Source: Octopus sinensis (lineage: Eukaryota). Taken from it: a DNA stretch of 49,014 bases. The notes under the pieces were generated by a model. It made no database searches. It saw only the letters and a program-made list of their open reading frames with translations, and was not told the DNA's origin. Location: the NCBI RefSeq assembly GCF_006345805.1, contig NW_021834389.1, positions 1 through 49,014 of the forward strand, written 5' to 3'. Positions within the stretch are counted from its first letter, which is position 1. The number at the start of each line of letters is the position of its first letter. Positions 1 to 13,345 of this stretch are shown here, piece by piece. Made by a program: the position numbers and the translations under genes.

Positions 1-54
1 ACAAAATATAAATTCATACATTGATACACGCATATGTATTAGTATATAGTATTA

Positions 55-62
55 TTATATCT

Positions 63-112
<50 letters not shown>

Positions 113-500
113 CATATGTATGTATGTATCTGCGCATATCATATATATATATATATGTATGTATCTGCGCATATCATATATATAATATATATATATACAT
201 ATATACATATATGTATATATATATATGCATGTATGTATCTGCGCATATCATATATATATATATATATATATACATACATACAGAAATATATACATATATG
301 TATATATATGTATGTATGTATCTGCGCATATCATATATATATAATATATATAATAGATATTACATACATACAGAAATATATACATATATGTGTGATATAA
401 TATATATATATATATATATATACATATATACATATATGTATATATATATATGTATGTATGTATCTGCGAATATCATATATATATGTATCTATGTGTGTAT
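55..500. repeat. (TA)n array with an embedded higher-order minisatellite unit
   Basis: The unit TATGTATGTATCTGCG(C/A)ATATCATATATA recurs about 5 times within (TA)n, and CATACATACAGAAATATATACATATATG occurs twice (~273 and ~363). Confidence 0.95.
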
Positions 501-592
501 ATCAAAATATCTTCCCGATACATATATTGTAGAAAAGGAGAAAATAGGAAATATATGAAATAGATAGTTAAGTAGATAGGCTTATTCACAGA

Positions 593-647
<55 letters not shown>

Positions 648-974
648 TGGGGTGGGGGTGGAGAGGGAACAGAGGGAAATGAGAAATGATGATGATGCAG
701 AAACATTTGACCTCTGAAATATTATATGATAATGAAGAATGATGTGTAATCGCCAAAGTTAGAGTAGTAGAGTTATTTTGGTCAATATGATTGGTAGATA
801 TGGGACACGTGAGAACGTGATAGCGGGAAAGTCATGTGCACAGCTACATCATATATATATATATATATCTATATATATATACATAAATGCACGTGTATAA
901 ATATGATACATAAGTGCCTGGATACATACATCTTCGCATGCTTGTATCAGACATAACAACATACCTACACACGT

Positions 975-1043
975 GCATTCTCTTTCTCTCTCTCTCTCTC
1001 ACATTCACACACACACACAACACACACACACACACCTTATCAT

Positions 1044-1076
<33 letters not shown>

Positions 1077-1087
1077 ATCTTTCTATC

Positions 1088-1134
<47 letters not shown>

Positions 1135-1186
1135 ATATATTTTCTATCATTTATCTATCTATCTATCTCTCTCTCTCTCTCTCCCC

Positions 1187-1257
<71 letters not shown>

Positions 1258-1262
1258 TATAC
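975..1262. repeat. Compound microsatellite (CT)n/(CA)n/(TATC)n/(TA)n
   Basis: Seen directly; it explains the spurious ORFs 914..1402 and 973..1251. Confidence 0.95.
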
Positions 1263-1757
1263 CTGCAAAGGCAAACATACATGCATGCGTATATGCAAAC
1301 AAACACACATATATACATATCCATATATACACAGATATATTCACGTCTTCATACATATATTCATGCGTATGGACGTACGTACACTCTTGCATACGTACGT
1401 AAACATTTTCTTTGTTGATGATCTTAAGCCGTTTTCAAGTAATATTCCTGACACTAAGAGACGTTTAGAACTGGAAAAACACTCTCACGGGACATAGGAA
1501 AGCAGTTTGGTTAGGATAATTGTCAATATTAGACAATTGTTATGCGAGAAACGGTTGTCGATCAAACAAAGAATATGGATACCAATGGCCTTTCTGTCTG
1601 ACCCATCTCTAATGATGCATATTATAAATACTTCATAAAATTTTGCATATATTGGTGGTGTGACTGAAGCTAGAGTGACAAAGTAATCCAACATTTGAAT
1701 TACTAGATTGGACACTTACAGAAATTAACAGCTTGGACAAGAGGACCAAGGAGATAT

Positions 1758-2147
1758 TGGATTGGAAGCACTCCGTCGGTTACGACGACGAGGGTTCCGG
1801 TTGATCCGAATCAACGGAACAGCCTGCTCGTGAAATTAACGTGTAAGTGGCTGAGCACTCCACAGACACGTGTACCCTTAACGTAGTTCTCGGGGATATT
1901 CAGCGTGACACAGAGAGTGACAAGGCCGGCCCTTTGAAATACAGGTACAACAGAAACAGGAAGTAAGAGTGAGAGAAAGTTGTGGTGAAAGAGTACAGCA
2001 GGGATCATTACCATCCCCTGCCGGAGCCTCGTGGAGCTTTAGGTGTTTTCGCTCAATAAACACTCACAACGCCCGGTCTGGGAATCGAAACCGCGATCCT
2101 ATGACCGCGAGTCCGCTGCCCTAACCACTGGGCCATTGCGCCTCCAC
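1758..2147 (-). mobile_element. tRNA-derived SINE, family A (A1 body), full length
   Basis: The minus strand starts GGAGGCGCAATGGCCCAGTGGTTAGGG (A box) with a B box GGTTTCGATTCCC. A 12-bp target-site duplication CCAAGGAGATAT lies at 1746-1757 and 2148-2159. Near-identical copies occur at 7327 and 10948. Confidence 0.92.
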
Positions 2148-2164
2148 CCAAGGAGATATAGGGC

Positions 2165-2400
2165 CGGTCTGTTCGATGTCATTCTTTTCACTTTTGTCGT
2201 TCATTCATTTCGGACACCGGACTGCAGCCATGCTGGAGCAATGTCTTGAAGTATTTTAGTGGAGAAATGAACTTCAGTACTTAATTGTGGTAGGTCTGAT
2301 ATTCGTTCTCTCGGTCTCTTTTGGTGAACCACACAGTTACGGGGACGCAAAACAAACGAAAACCAGTTGTTAAGCGGTGAGGACGACAAACACACACACA
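2165..2400 (-). mobile_element. Degraded SINE family D, 3' half
   Basis: Contains CAGCCATGCTGGAGCA and CAGTTACGGGGACGCAAAACA, matching the reverse complement of the family D tail. Confidence 0.7.
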
Positions 2401-2554
2401 CACACACACACAAAATGGAGTTGCATGAAACGATTGTACTGCATTACCTCTGGATATCCTTGTTGCTTATTTTGATTTGAATCACCTTACTTTGAAATTG
2501 TGTGGATAATACCGTACTAAATTCTGGTGCCTCAACTTAAGTACCATATTCATC

Positions 2555-2671
<117 letters not shown>

Positions 2672-2854
2672 CATATCCCTGCCTGTAAACTACTACTTTA
2701 AGTGTATTAAATGTCAAATGCTTACTATATGAAATGTATTGTTTTTTTTCTTTTTAACCGTTGTTTGTAATAAAAAAATGCTTTTAACCAACGGCGGTTC
2801 TATATCTAAGTATTACAACCTCCTGAGAATAGCATAAATACACACATAGCCGGA

Positions 2855-3668
2855 TTACTACCTCCCACTTTGAAGGTTATGCATTTGCAATCCAAGAACA
2901 GAAAATATCAATGAAATACCTGATGCACAAAAGGGATAGGGATACAGAAAAAGCAGTAAAATGTCACAACCGATGCAAACCTTGTGGAGTTAACACCGAA
3001 TATAACATCCACATCATAAGCAGTTCTCCAAAAATGTCATCACAGTAGTATATACCGATGAGATATGATGTAGCTTGGACACTCTATAATGAAATCCGTC
3101 GGAAGGATAACCCCGAGGACAAAGAAATAAGAACCCACAGTATGATAGAAGCCATAATAAAAAGGAGTACTAGTGGAATGTCTCAGGGAAGACCTCAGTA
3201 AAATGTAAGCAACACAGACCTGATATAATGATTTGGGATAGAGAAGAGAAATTGTACAGTTGTGGAAATTTGTTGGCAACGAATGTCAACATGAAGCCGA
3301 AGATCAGTGAAAAAGAGAATACCTAGACTGAACTACTGAGAAATCTGCAGTTATTCTATCCAGATTATAAATTCGGGTTTATACTTGTAAATATTGGGGC
3401 CCTGGGATATGTAACACACTGCTTAAATACCAACCTTCAGAAATCGTGCTTCTCAAAACGAGAAAGGAGAAAGCTAATTCGAAACTACAGATTCAATCCA
3501 TCACTGGAACTCTAAAAAACTGTAAAATTTTTCAGAATTTTATCTTTTAAGTATATATATATATGCATGTTTAGATATGCAACTATATGCATGAGAATAC
3601 AAACTTAAAACAAAACATACATATCTACACATATACGTACATGTATACATGCATGATTACATACATAC
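2855..3668 (+). mobile_element. R4/Dong-type non-LTR retrotransposon 3' fragment (degenerate zinc knuckle plus restriction-like endonuclease)
   Basis: Manual translation with stops and frameshifts gives HFEGYAFAIQEQ..CHNRCKPCGVNTEYNIHIISS..HRPDIMIWDREEK..ELLRNLQL.YPDYKF..VNIGALGYV. These are the CCHC and PD-(D/E)xK-type motifs of RLE-bearing LINEs. A TACA-rich 3' UTR follows. Confidence 0.82.
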
Positions 3669-3674
3669 AGCGGG

Positions 3675-4165
3675 TGTTAACACAAAGCTGAAGATCAGTG
3701 AAAAAGAGAACACGTATGCTGAACTATTGAGAAATCTGCAGTTACTCTATCCAGATTACAAGTTCAGGTTTATACATGTAATTATTGGAACCCTGGGATA
3801 TGTAACACACTACCTAAATACCAGTCTTGAGAAATTAGGTTTCTCAAAATCAGAAAGGTGAAAGCTAATTCGAAGACTACAGATCTAAGCCATCACTGGG
3901 TCTGTAAAAATCTGAAAAACTTTCCAGAAGTTTATCATTTAAATATATATGAGCATATCTTGATATGTCACTCTATGCATGAGAATACATACATAAAACA
4001 TACAAATCTGTACATACATACATACATACATACATACATACATACATACATACATACATACATACATACTAAAATATGCTGTTATTGATGTTGAAATTCA
4101 AATGAAGGAGCCTTGGATCTAGGTTAGAAACCAGTTCTTTATTGGCAAGAAATCCTGGACAATTT
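3675..4165 (+). mobile_element. Second R4/Dong-type 3' end in tandem with the previous one
   Basis: ORF 3649..3861 reads KISEKENTYAELLRNLQLLYPDYKFRFIHVIIGTLGYV..LEKLGFSKSER. It is followed by the 3' UTR, (CATA)n and a terminal segment also seen at 17810-17880. Confidence 0.82.
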
Positions 4166-4196
4166 CATGCATACATACACATGCATGCATATATTC

Positions 4197-4304
<108 letters not shown>

Positions 4305-4476
4305 CACACATACATACATACATACACACACCACAATACATATACATAAATATATTCATACATACATATATTCGTCGAAAGTCAGTTTGAACTTGACCTA
4401 TATTAGTAATTAATCTCGGTTTAATGCAAGTCAGTTATTCCTCTACTATTTTTTGTGAATTCTTAAATGTATCTAC

Positions 4477-4511
<35 letters not shown>

Positions 4512-4799
4512 GTGTGTGTCTGTGTATACTACCAAGCAAACATGATTTTTATTGAACTCAAAAGGCTTTTTGGGGTCCCGTTCTGATTACTTTCTTAAAT
4601 ACTTTCTTGTAAACTGTTTTTAACATTTTCTTCTTATTATGAAAGAATGTATATATGTATTTTAATACGTTTGCGATAAGCAGTAGTTAACACAACAAAG
4701 CTCATACAAAGCGTTACATTTTACTTTTGACAATCTTTTTCTAAAAAGTGAAACCGGTCAAGTGAATAAACATCTTTAAAATTGCATTTTCAAACCTTC

Positions 4800-4861
<62 letters not shown>

Positions 4862-4863
<2 letters not shown>

Positions 4864-5108
4864 ATAATAAATGCACCTTTTAAAGCCTAGCTAGGCTCAT
4901 GGGCCCGATTTCCCGGTTTCAATGGCGTATGTGTTCCCCAGCTGGACGGGACGCCAGTCCATCGCAGCGTTACTCATTTTTGCCATCTGAGTGGACTGGA
5001 GCAACGTGAAATGAAGTGTTTTGCTTAAGAACACAAAGTGTCGTCCGGTCCAGGAATCGAAACCACAATCTTACGATCATGATGCTGTCACCCTAACCAC
5101 TAAGCCAC
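4862..5108 (-). mobile_element. tRNA-derived SINE, family C
   Basis: The minus strand has head GTGGCTTAGTGGTTAGGG..GGTTTCGATTCCTGG, core TGTGTTCTTAAGCAAAACACTTCATTTCACGTTGCTCCAGTCCACTCAG, then GCGATGGACTGGCGTCCCGTCCAG and an (ATT)n tail. The core motifs resemble Meta/V-type SINE domains (from recall). Confidence 0.88.
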
Positions 5109-5350
5109 TAAGAAGAAAAGACATTGCGTAGAAGGATGACAAAGGAACATTCGGAAAACACACACAAGAGGTGGAGAGATGGACGTGCTCATCTCTCAAC
5201 AATCTATTGACCTTAAATCCGCAGCATTTCGCGCCAGTATCGCTCTCCCCCCTCTCTCTATATATATCTATGTGTGTATATATATACATATATGTGCATG
5301 CATGTATATATATATATACATGTATGCACATATGTATATATATATATATG

Positions 5351-5417
<67 letters not shown>

Positions 5418-5985
5418 GGCGCGTGTGCTCATGTGTGTTAGTGTAATTACGTACATAGTTGTGTGAGTATATGTGAGTATGTACGTGTATGTGTGTGTGT
5501 GTGTGTGTGTGCAAGTATATGTGCGTATTTGCATCGAAATGAGGTCGGTGTAAATGCATTAAGATGTTTTATATAGCGATGGCGGCTTGGGATATATTGC
5601 CGCGCATTTGCCGTCACATTCAGTCATTATGGGAATAGTTTCTGCAAAAATCGAGACAAAAACAAACGCAATAGAGAGCCTCTTGTAAGAAGTTTAGTCT
5701 AAGTCTGTGTGTACTTAAAGACTTTGTGCGAGATAATCCGGGATTAGGATGAACTATGGCGTCTGTTGTGGTAGCCTCCTGCCAGTTAATTGAATTCATC
5801 AATTGTTACAACGTGGAGTCATTGTTGCTATATTATTAATCAGATTAACGGCTGGAATAACAGATTTATCAACTCTACTGCTGTATTCGCTCGCTAACAT
5901 CAGCATAAATACCATGACATAATTGTCACCGAGATCGTACTATAATATATCCAACCATATTTACAACGTTGGTAGTGGAAATGCC

Positions 5986-6403
5986 AAAGCGGCGAGCTGG
6001 CAGAAACGTTAGCACGCCGGGCGAAATGCTTAGCGGTATTTTGTCTGACGTTACATTCTGAGTTCAAATTCCGCCGAGGTTGACTTTGCCTTTCATCCTT
6101 TCGGGGTCGATTAAATAAATACCAGTTACGCACTGTGATCGATATAATCGATTTAATCCATTCGTCTGTCCTTGTTTGTCCCCTCTGTGTTTAACCCCTT
6201 GTGGGTAGTATAGAAATAGGTATTTCGTTTGCCGCTACGTTCTGAGTTCAAATTCCGCTGAGGTCGACTTTGCCTTTCATCCTTTCGGGGTGTATTAAAT
6301 ACGTACCAGTTACGCACTGGGGTCGATATAATCTACTTAATCCGTTTGTCTGTCCTTGTTTGTCCTCTCTGTGTTTAGCCCCTTGTGGGTAGTAAAGAAA
6401 TAG
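5986..6403 (+). mobile_element. SINE family B, dimeric (body tandemly duplicated)
   Basis: Head AAAGCGGCGAGCTGGCAGAAACGTTAG, B box GAGTTCAAATTCC, core GTCGACTTTGCCTTTCATCCTTTCGGGGTCGAT..GTACCAG (Nin/Deu-domain-like, from recall). The ~180-bp body is repeated with junction GAAATAG|GTATTTCG. Confidence 0.9.
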
Positions 6404-6796
6404 GTTGTAGAAAAGCCAGTGTAATGAAGTAAATAACTTGAGGGGTTTATTAAAGATACTTAAATGTTTCAAGTTCAAGCTCTGGCCAAGTTGAACAATT
6501 TTACCCGTTATAGAAAAGTTCACCATAAATCATTTTTGTCGTAGGAAAATTCACCTTATAAAAAAATAAATAAATTGCAAGAAAGAAAAAATGTTGTTCT
6601 CTTAAAATGGTAACTTCGTCAACCAACCTACTAATTAGAAAAAGGTAATTTCTTTAATTGGGTTACTTGGTTTACAGTCTGTATGTATGCTTCCTTTACG
6701 GCGAATTTTCCGGACACGATTTTTACCTTTTGTGATCGATAAATTAAGCACTAATCAAGCATTGCTTATAATTGAGTGAATGTATTAAAAAAAAAA

Positions 6797-7053
6797 AATA
6801 ATAAATGTGCCCTTTTAAAGCTTAGCTAGGCTCATGGGCCCGGTTTCCCGGTTTCTATGGCGTATGTATTTCCTAGATGGACAGGACGCCAGTCAATCGC
6901 AGCGTTACTCATTTTTGCCAGCTGAGTGGACTGGAGCAACGTGAAATGAAGTGTTTTGCTCAAGAACACAACGCGTCGCTCGGTCCAGGAATCGAAACCA
7001 CAATCTTACGATCATGGTGCTGACACCCTAACCACTAAGCCACGCGCCTCCAC
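6797..7053 (-). mobile_element. SINE family C, full length
   Basis: Closely similar to 4862-5108, with an intact head GTGGAGGCGCGTGGCTTAGTGG. Confidence 0.9.
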
Positions 7054-7326
7054 GAGTGAATATATTACTGCTATATAATAGCCGATATAAACGTTGTTTT
7101 ATTGGTTTCTCCAGTCACGGTTTACGTCATACAGAGAGGAAAGGAATCAGAGTAAAAGAGAGGTACAGGGAGAGGGAATGAGAGAGAGAGAAGGGGGTAA
7201 AATAGAAATTCAGAGAGAGGGAAAGAGGGAGAATGTAAGAGGGAGATAGAGTGTGAGTGAGTTAAAGTAAGAGGGTCAGGGGAAGTGCGCATGCTAGGCT
7301 TGCCAGGCAATGAGTAAAGGAACACT

Positions 7327-7713
7327 GTGTGGAAGCACTCCGTCGGTTACGACGACGAGGGTTCCGGTTGATCCGAATCAACGGAACTGCCTGCTCGTGA
7401 AATTAACGTGTAAGTGGCTGAGCACTCACAGACACGTGTACCCTTAACGTAGTTTCGGGGATATTCAGGTGACACACAGAGAGTGACAAGGCCGGCCCTT
7501 TGAAATACAGGTACAACAGAAACAGGAAGTAAGAGTGAGAGAAAGTTGTTGTGAAAAGTACAGCAGGGATCACACCATCCCCTGCCGGAGCCTCGTGGAG
7601 CTTTAGGTGTTTTCGCTCAATAAACACTCACAACGCCCGGTCTGGGAATCGAAACCGCGATCCTATGACCGCGAGTCCGCTGCCCTAACCACTGGGCCAT
7701 TGCGCCTCCACAC
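7327..7713 (-). mobile_element. SINE family A (A1 body), full length
   Basis: Near-identical to 1758-2147, with an 11-bp TSD AAAGGAACACT at 7316-7326 and 7714-7724. Confidence 0.92.
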
Positions 7714-7999
7714 AAAGGAACACTACACAAGCAGTGGGAGACAAGGAATCGTGCAGACAGAAGAAGGGGAGGAGCAGAGAGAGAGATAAATTACAGAGTT
7801 GTTATGGGAGGAGTTATACAAACGAGAAATTTGTTTTATTGTATTGTATTTTAAGGAAATAAATATTTTTGTTTTGAAGATTAATTTTAATTTCATCAAT
7901 TTGTTTAAGAGCCAAGAAATTTCGATAAAAATTTAATCATAATTACTGTATGTATGCCATATTTCCTGAAATCACTTGTGGTGGCAAAAGTATTTCCTG

Positions 8000-8005
8000 G
8001 TATTA

Positions 8006-8094
<89 letters not shown>

Positions 8095-8145
8095 TTGTTT
8101 ATATTTCTCTCTCTCTCTATCATTCTTTCTATCTGTCTGACTGTG

Positions 8146-8222
<77 letters not shown>

Positions 8223-8264
8223 GCCTGCCTGCCTGCCTGCCTGCCTGTCTGTCTGTCTGTGTAG

Positions 8265-8306
<42 letters not shown>

Positions 8307-8450
8307 GTCTACCTGTCTGTCTTTCTCTCTGTCTTTCTCTCTCTATATATATCTCTCTCTGTCCTTCTTTATATCTGTCTCTCTGTGTATCTAACTATCT
8401 ATCTATCTATCTGTTCGTCCGTCGGTCCGTCTGTCCGCCTGTCTGTCTAT
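8000..8450. repeat. Compound microsatellite (TC)n/(TATC)n/(TGTC)n/(TGCC)n
   Basis: Seen directly; adjacent motifs differ by single-base steps. Confidence 0.95.
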
Positions 8451-8852
8451 ATGTCCAGTACAAGCATTAAAATATATTCATTTCACTATCAAGAGAATAA
8501 GGCAAAATTGAGCACAGTCAAGAATAATGAATGTTTTAAAAAACAGTTGGGTACAACAAATGAGTTGGTAGATTGGCAGATTGGCAGAGATATACATATT
8601 TATGTATGCAAATTACTTTAACGGCCATAACTTCTAAAGTTGTTAATGAAACTGGTTTGTGCAACTTTATTCTCGTCCCGTAACTTGTCACTTGCAAGAG
8701 TGACTTTTCACTATGTACACTGATAAGGGTTTTAGATGCGTATGTGTTCGCGAGTAGCCATCGATGCTCTCTTTGGTTCTGCTCTTCTTAATCCAGAAGA
8801 GAATTTCTGAAGTGATAGCTGGTTTTATATATATATATATATATATACATAT

Positions 8853-9247
8853 AGGCGCAGGAGTGGCTGTGTAGTAAGTAGCTTGCTTACCAACCACATG
8901 GTTCTGGGTTCAGTTCCACTGCGTGACACCTTGGGCAAGTGTCTTCTACTATAGCCTTGGGCCGACCAAAGCCTTGTGGGTGGATTTGGTAGACGGAAAC
9001 TGAAAGAAGCCCGTCGTATATATGTATATATGTATGTGTGTGTATATGTCTGTGTGTCCCCCATCATCGTTTGACAACCGATGCTGGTGTGTTTACGTCC
9101 CTGTAACTTAGCGGTTCGGCAAAAGAGACTGATAGAATAAGTACTAGGCTTCCAAAGAATAAGTCTTAAGGTCAGTTTGTTCGACTAAAGGCGGTGCCCC
9201 AGCATGGCATCAGTCAAAGGACTGAAACAAGTAAAAGAGTAAAAGAG

Positions 9248-9248
<1 letters not shown>
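8853..9248 (+). mobile_element. SINE family D, full length
   Basis: Head AGGCGCAGGAGTGGCTGTGTAGTAAG..GGTTCAGTTCCACTGCG, core CCTTGGGCAAGTGTCTTC..GGATTTGGTAGACGGAAACTG, an internal TA/TG microsatellite, and tail GGCGGTGCCCCAGCATGG..CTGAAACAAG(TAAAAGAG)n. Confidence 0.92.
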
Positions 9249-9288
<40 letters not shown>

Positions 9289-9290
<2 letters not shown>

Positions 9291-9584
9291 AGACGCAATG
9301 GCCCAGTTGTAACGCAGCGAACTCGCGGTCGTAGGATCGCGGTTTCGATTCCCAGACCGAGCGTTGTGAGTGTTTATCGAGCGAAAACACCTAAAGGCTC
9401 CGGCAGGGGGTAGTGGCGATCCCTCAGTACGCTTTCGCCACAACTTTCTCTCACTCTTTCTTCTGTTGGCCTGCTCGCCTAGCCAGTGGGGTGACGTCAT
9501 TTGAAGGCTAATAATGCGAAGCGGATTGTGACCAGCGATGTGTAGCAACACCTGCTAGTCTGGTCGGTCACGTGATCACGTGAT
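9289..9584 (+). mobile_element. SINE with family A head and a different 3' body (tail X)
   Basis: The A head and the CTTTCTCTCACTCT segment are present, then the sequence diverges to GCCAGTGGGGTGACG..ATTGTGACCAGCG..TAGTCTGGTCG..CGTGAT. Confidence 0.85.
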
Positions 9585-9591
9585 ATACATA

Positions 9592-9674
<83 letters not shown>

Positions 9675-9828
9675 AGAGAGAGAGAGAGAAGAGAGAAAGA
9701 GTGAGTGACAGAGGGAGGAGAGAAGAAAGAGCAAGTCAAAGATAGGGAGAGAGAGTGATAAAGAAAGAGCGAGTCGGGGAGAGGGAGCAAGTCGGGACGA
9801 GATATATATATATATATATAATATATAT

Positions 9829-9860
<32 letters not shown>

Positions 9861-10590
9861 AGGCTAGTCATTTTTAGCTAAGCAGTATATAACAAATCGA
9901 ATCGTTGTCTCGGTTAAGAATATAACGCATGCTCGTTCAGGAATCGAACGCATAACTTTATGATCGTGTGCCCACACATCGCTATATTTATTATGTTGCA
10001 TTTCGACCAATGCGATGAGCGTTTGTTTCAAGTATCACAACTGAAGATTTGATCAGATTTGATCATTTCCAAGCGTTTATAAGCCTTCCTATAATACATA
10101 AAAACCTCCACTTCACATGAAACCCATTTACATCTGAGTCGAGCGAGCCTCTGAGAATTTTTGTTTGAACTTATAACATTTCGGGTGTTTCAGCGGCAAC
10201 ACTTTAACTGGCAGGTGAATCATGTCCATTTGGTTAGCTTCAAGTTAATATGTTTTTATAAATAGCGCAATACTAAGGCAATAGGAATATCATATATGTC
10301 CGATATCTATATCGAAAGCAAAATCTTTCAGGATTTCTCAATAAATATGAACGTTATCCCTTACATCAAACAAATCTATTACAATTCAATTAAATCCATT
10401 TGATTTCTTCTCAATCTTGTTAATATTTCAGCACAGTTTTATTATACACCAAAATGGGTGTATATATAGGGTATTCATTCAAAAGATATTGGAGAAGACG
10501 TTTCAGGTATTAAGGTATAACTAAAATCGATTATAATAAAACTCGGTCGAATCTTTTTTTCAATTTGATTAATGGTTCAGTAGAGATTTA

Positions 10591-10813
10591 AGGCGGTGAG
10601 CTGGCAGAATCTTTAGCACGCCGGGCGAAATGCGTAGCCGTATTTCGTCTGCCGCTACGTTCTGGGTTCAAATTCCGACTTTGCCTTTCATCCTTTCGGG
10701 GTTGATAAATTAAGTACCAGTTACGCATTGGGGTCGATATAATCGACTCAATCCGTTTGTCTGCCCTTGTTTGTCCTCTCTGTGTTTAGCCCCTTGTGGG
10801 TAATAAAGAAATA
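10591..10813 (+). mobile_element. SINE family B monomer
   Basis: Family B head, core and tail, with a 17-bp TSD GGTTCAGTAGAGATTTA at 10574-10590 and 10814-10830. Confidence 0.92.
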
Positions 10814-10947
10814 GGTTCAGTAGAGATTTATAAGTCGTAGTTTCAATTTCTCGCCTGCCAAAACAATGCGTTCTTGAGCGAAGCATTTCATTTCACGCTG
10901 CTCGGTGAACACTTCAACATCTGACGTGTGTGAAAATACTGTGCAAT

Positions 10948-11291
10948 TGTGGAAGCACTCCGTCGGTTACGACGACGAGGGTTCCGGTTGATCCGATCAA
11001 CGGAACAGCCTGCTCGTGAAATTAACGTGTAAGTGGCTGAGCACTCCACAGACACGTGTACCCTTAACGTAGTTCTCGGGGATATTCAGCGTGACACAGA
11101 TAGTGACAAGGCTGGCCCTTTGAAATACAGGTACAACAGAAACAGGAAGTAAGAGTGAGAGAAAGTTGCGGAGCGTCGTGGAGCTTTAGGTGTTTTCGCT
11201 CAATAAACACTCACAACGCCCGGTCTGGGAATCGAAACCGTGATCCTACGACCGCGAGTCCGCTGCCTTAACCACTGGGCCATTGCGCCTC
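10948..11291 (-). mobile_element. SINE family A (A1 body) with a short internal deletion
   Basis: Near-identical to the 1758 copy but lacks the segment between GAAAGTTG and CGGAGC. It sits just after a family C core fragment (~10868-10910). Confidence 0.9.
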
Positions 11292-11523
11292 TCTAACCTC
11301 CTGAGCCATTGTGCAATAGTACAGGCAATGTGAATTAGATGGAGGGAGGGAGTGAACACGATAAACAAATCACCCGTGTAAGTTGGTAAGCAAGAAATTG
11401 CGCTACCTTCAAATGTCGAATACGAGAGAGAAATTCACACAAAGTCGCCAATTGTATATGTGAGGCTTAATCCTGACATAAATCAGAGGACATAAACCAG
11501 ATACAAATCCTGACATAAACCAA

Positions 11524-11927
11524 AAGGCGGCGAGCTGGCAGAAACGTTAGGACGCCGGGCGAAATGCTTAGCTGTATTTCGTCTGCCGTTACGTTCTGAG
11601 TTCAAATTCCGCCGAGGTCGATTCTGCCTTTCATCCTTTCGGGATCGATTAAATAAGTACCAGTTACGCACTGGGGTCGATATAATCGACTTAATCCGTT
11701 TGTTTGTCCTTGTTTGTCCTCTCTGTGTTTAGCCCCTTGTGGGTAGTAAAGAAATAGGTATTTCGTCCGTCTTTACGTTCTGAGTTCAAATTCCGCCGAG
11801 GTCGACTTTGTCTTTCATCCTTTTGGGGTCGATAAATTAAGTACCAGTTACGCACTGGGGTCGATATAATCGACTCAATCCGTTTGTCTGTCCTTGTTTA
11901 TCCCCTCTGTGGGCAATAAAGAAATAA
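11524..11927 (+). mobile_element. SINE family B, dimeric
   Basis: Has the same GAAATAG|GTATTTCG junction (~11752-11765) as the 5986 copy. Confidence 0.9.
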
Positions 11928-11934
11928 TAAACCA

Positions 11935-12198
11935 GAAGACTCATGAGGCTGGAGTTTAATCCGGTTTCTATGACGTAAAATGGCTGAGATTATAGGCTCT
12001 GCCCTGGACAGGACGCCGGCCCATCTTAGGGTTAACTTCTCAGCTATTGCTGGAAATCATTTACAACTGACTAGATTGGGGCAAAAGGGAAATGAAGTGT
12101 TTTGCTCAAAAACACAACTAACTACCCAGTCCAGGAATTGAAACCACGATTTTACAATTAAGAGTGCCTTACTCTAATCCCTTGATCACGTGCCCTCA
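11935..12198 (-). mobile_element. Degraded SINE family C
   Basis: CTGGACAGGACGCCGGCCCATC..GAAATGAAGTGTTTTGCTCAA..CCAGGAATTGAAACCAC matches family C. Confidence 0.75.
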
Positions 12199-12487
12199 AG
12201 TAATACAGGTACCTACAGGGTGATTATTCAAACGATATTCGGGAAGACATGGCTAATATTAAGTTGGTTAATATATAAACAAATCGATTATAACAGAATC
12301 TAGTCAATTTTTCCAATATGATTAATATTTTAGCAGAGGTTTATAAATCACAAATTGCTAGCAAATATTGAAATGATACTTGAGAAGACGTGAAGTTGAG
12401 TATTAAGGGGTTCATTGCATAAAGGACCTTAAATAAACCTTCAATGGTAACATTCCAGTTCTGGAACAACAAATAGTCAACTGTTAG

Positions 12488-13060
12488 ATGTCGTCGTCGT
12501 CGTCGTCTTCTTCTTCTTCTTCTTCTTCTTCTTCTTCTTCTCTTCTTCTTCTTCTTCTCTTCTTCTTCTTCTTCTTCTTCTTCCAATCAGGACTCACGCC
12601 ATTATCCACAAAGAATGATCTCTAATTCGAGCCTACTCCAAGCTACTAAGAATGCGTGTGGCAACTTGAAGATTCACCCACCACACGCGATAGACTGGCG
12701 GGTCGCACGGGCGCGAAAGCTACGTTGTTATCCTCATTCCGTAAACGGTGGCTTTTTTAACGGATGGAGAGCTGAACCATCCTGGGGTACAGAGGATTCG
12801 CAATCTAGACTAGGGTCTGAAAGTTTACTACACCATAATGGGTTACACCATGGTTTTCTGCTTTGTAGCAGAAGTAGGAAGAAAGAGTGAGAGAAAGTTG
12901 TGGTGAAAGATTACAGTGGGGCTCACGCCCTCACCACCGGAGCCTCGTGGAATATAAGTGTTTTTGCTCTATAAACACTCACAATGCCCGGTCTGGGAAT
13001 CGAAACCGCGTTCTTACGACCACGAGTCCGCTGCCCTAACCACTAGGCCATTGCGTCTCC
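12488..13060 (-). mobile_element. SINE with family A head, a third distinct body and a (GAA)n/(GAC)n tail
   Basis: The A head spans ~12870-13060 and is followed on the minus strand by a unique ~290-bp body ending in the (CTT)n array at 12506-12583. Confidence 0.7.
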
Positions 13061-13159
13061 ACAGCTGTTGTTGTTGTTTACCCTCAGCTCTGCATTATGC
13101 GTGTAGACCGATGATCAAAGTCGTTCCAACCGTAGTCATTCCATCTATAGATTTTAGAC

Positions 13160-13345
13160 TAGCAGAAGCCGGTGAGCTGGTGGAATCGTTAGCGCGTCGA
13201 ACAAAACGCTTAGCGGCATTCTTTCGATTTATTACATTCTAAGTTAAATGTCACCGTGGTTGATTTCTCCTTTCATCCTTTCGGGGTCGATAAGTACCAG
13301 TTGAATACGGGGCCCGATGTAATTAATTAACCCCTTGCCCTAAAA
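13160..13345 (+). mobile_element. Degraded SINE family B interrupting a family E copy
   Basis: GCCGGTGAGCTGGTGGAATCGTTAG..TTTCATCCTTTCGGGGTCGATAAGTACCAG. The family E tail lies to the left (13069-13150) and the E 5' part to the right (13431-13462). Confidence 0.72.

Noticed and set aside
1758-2147. tRNA genes suggested by A/B boxes
   Set aside because: The heads continue into SINE bodies with TSDs, lack a clean cloverleaf and have no terminator T-run.
11470-11523. Short repeats of GACATAAA(T/C)CA resembling a spaced array
   Set aside because: Only three irregular units next to a SINE insertion in eukaryotic DNA; not a CRISPR array.
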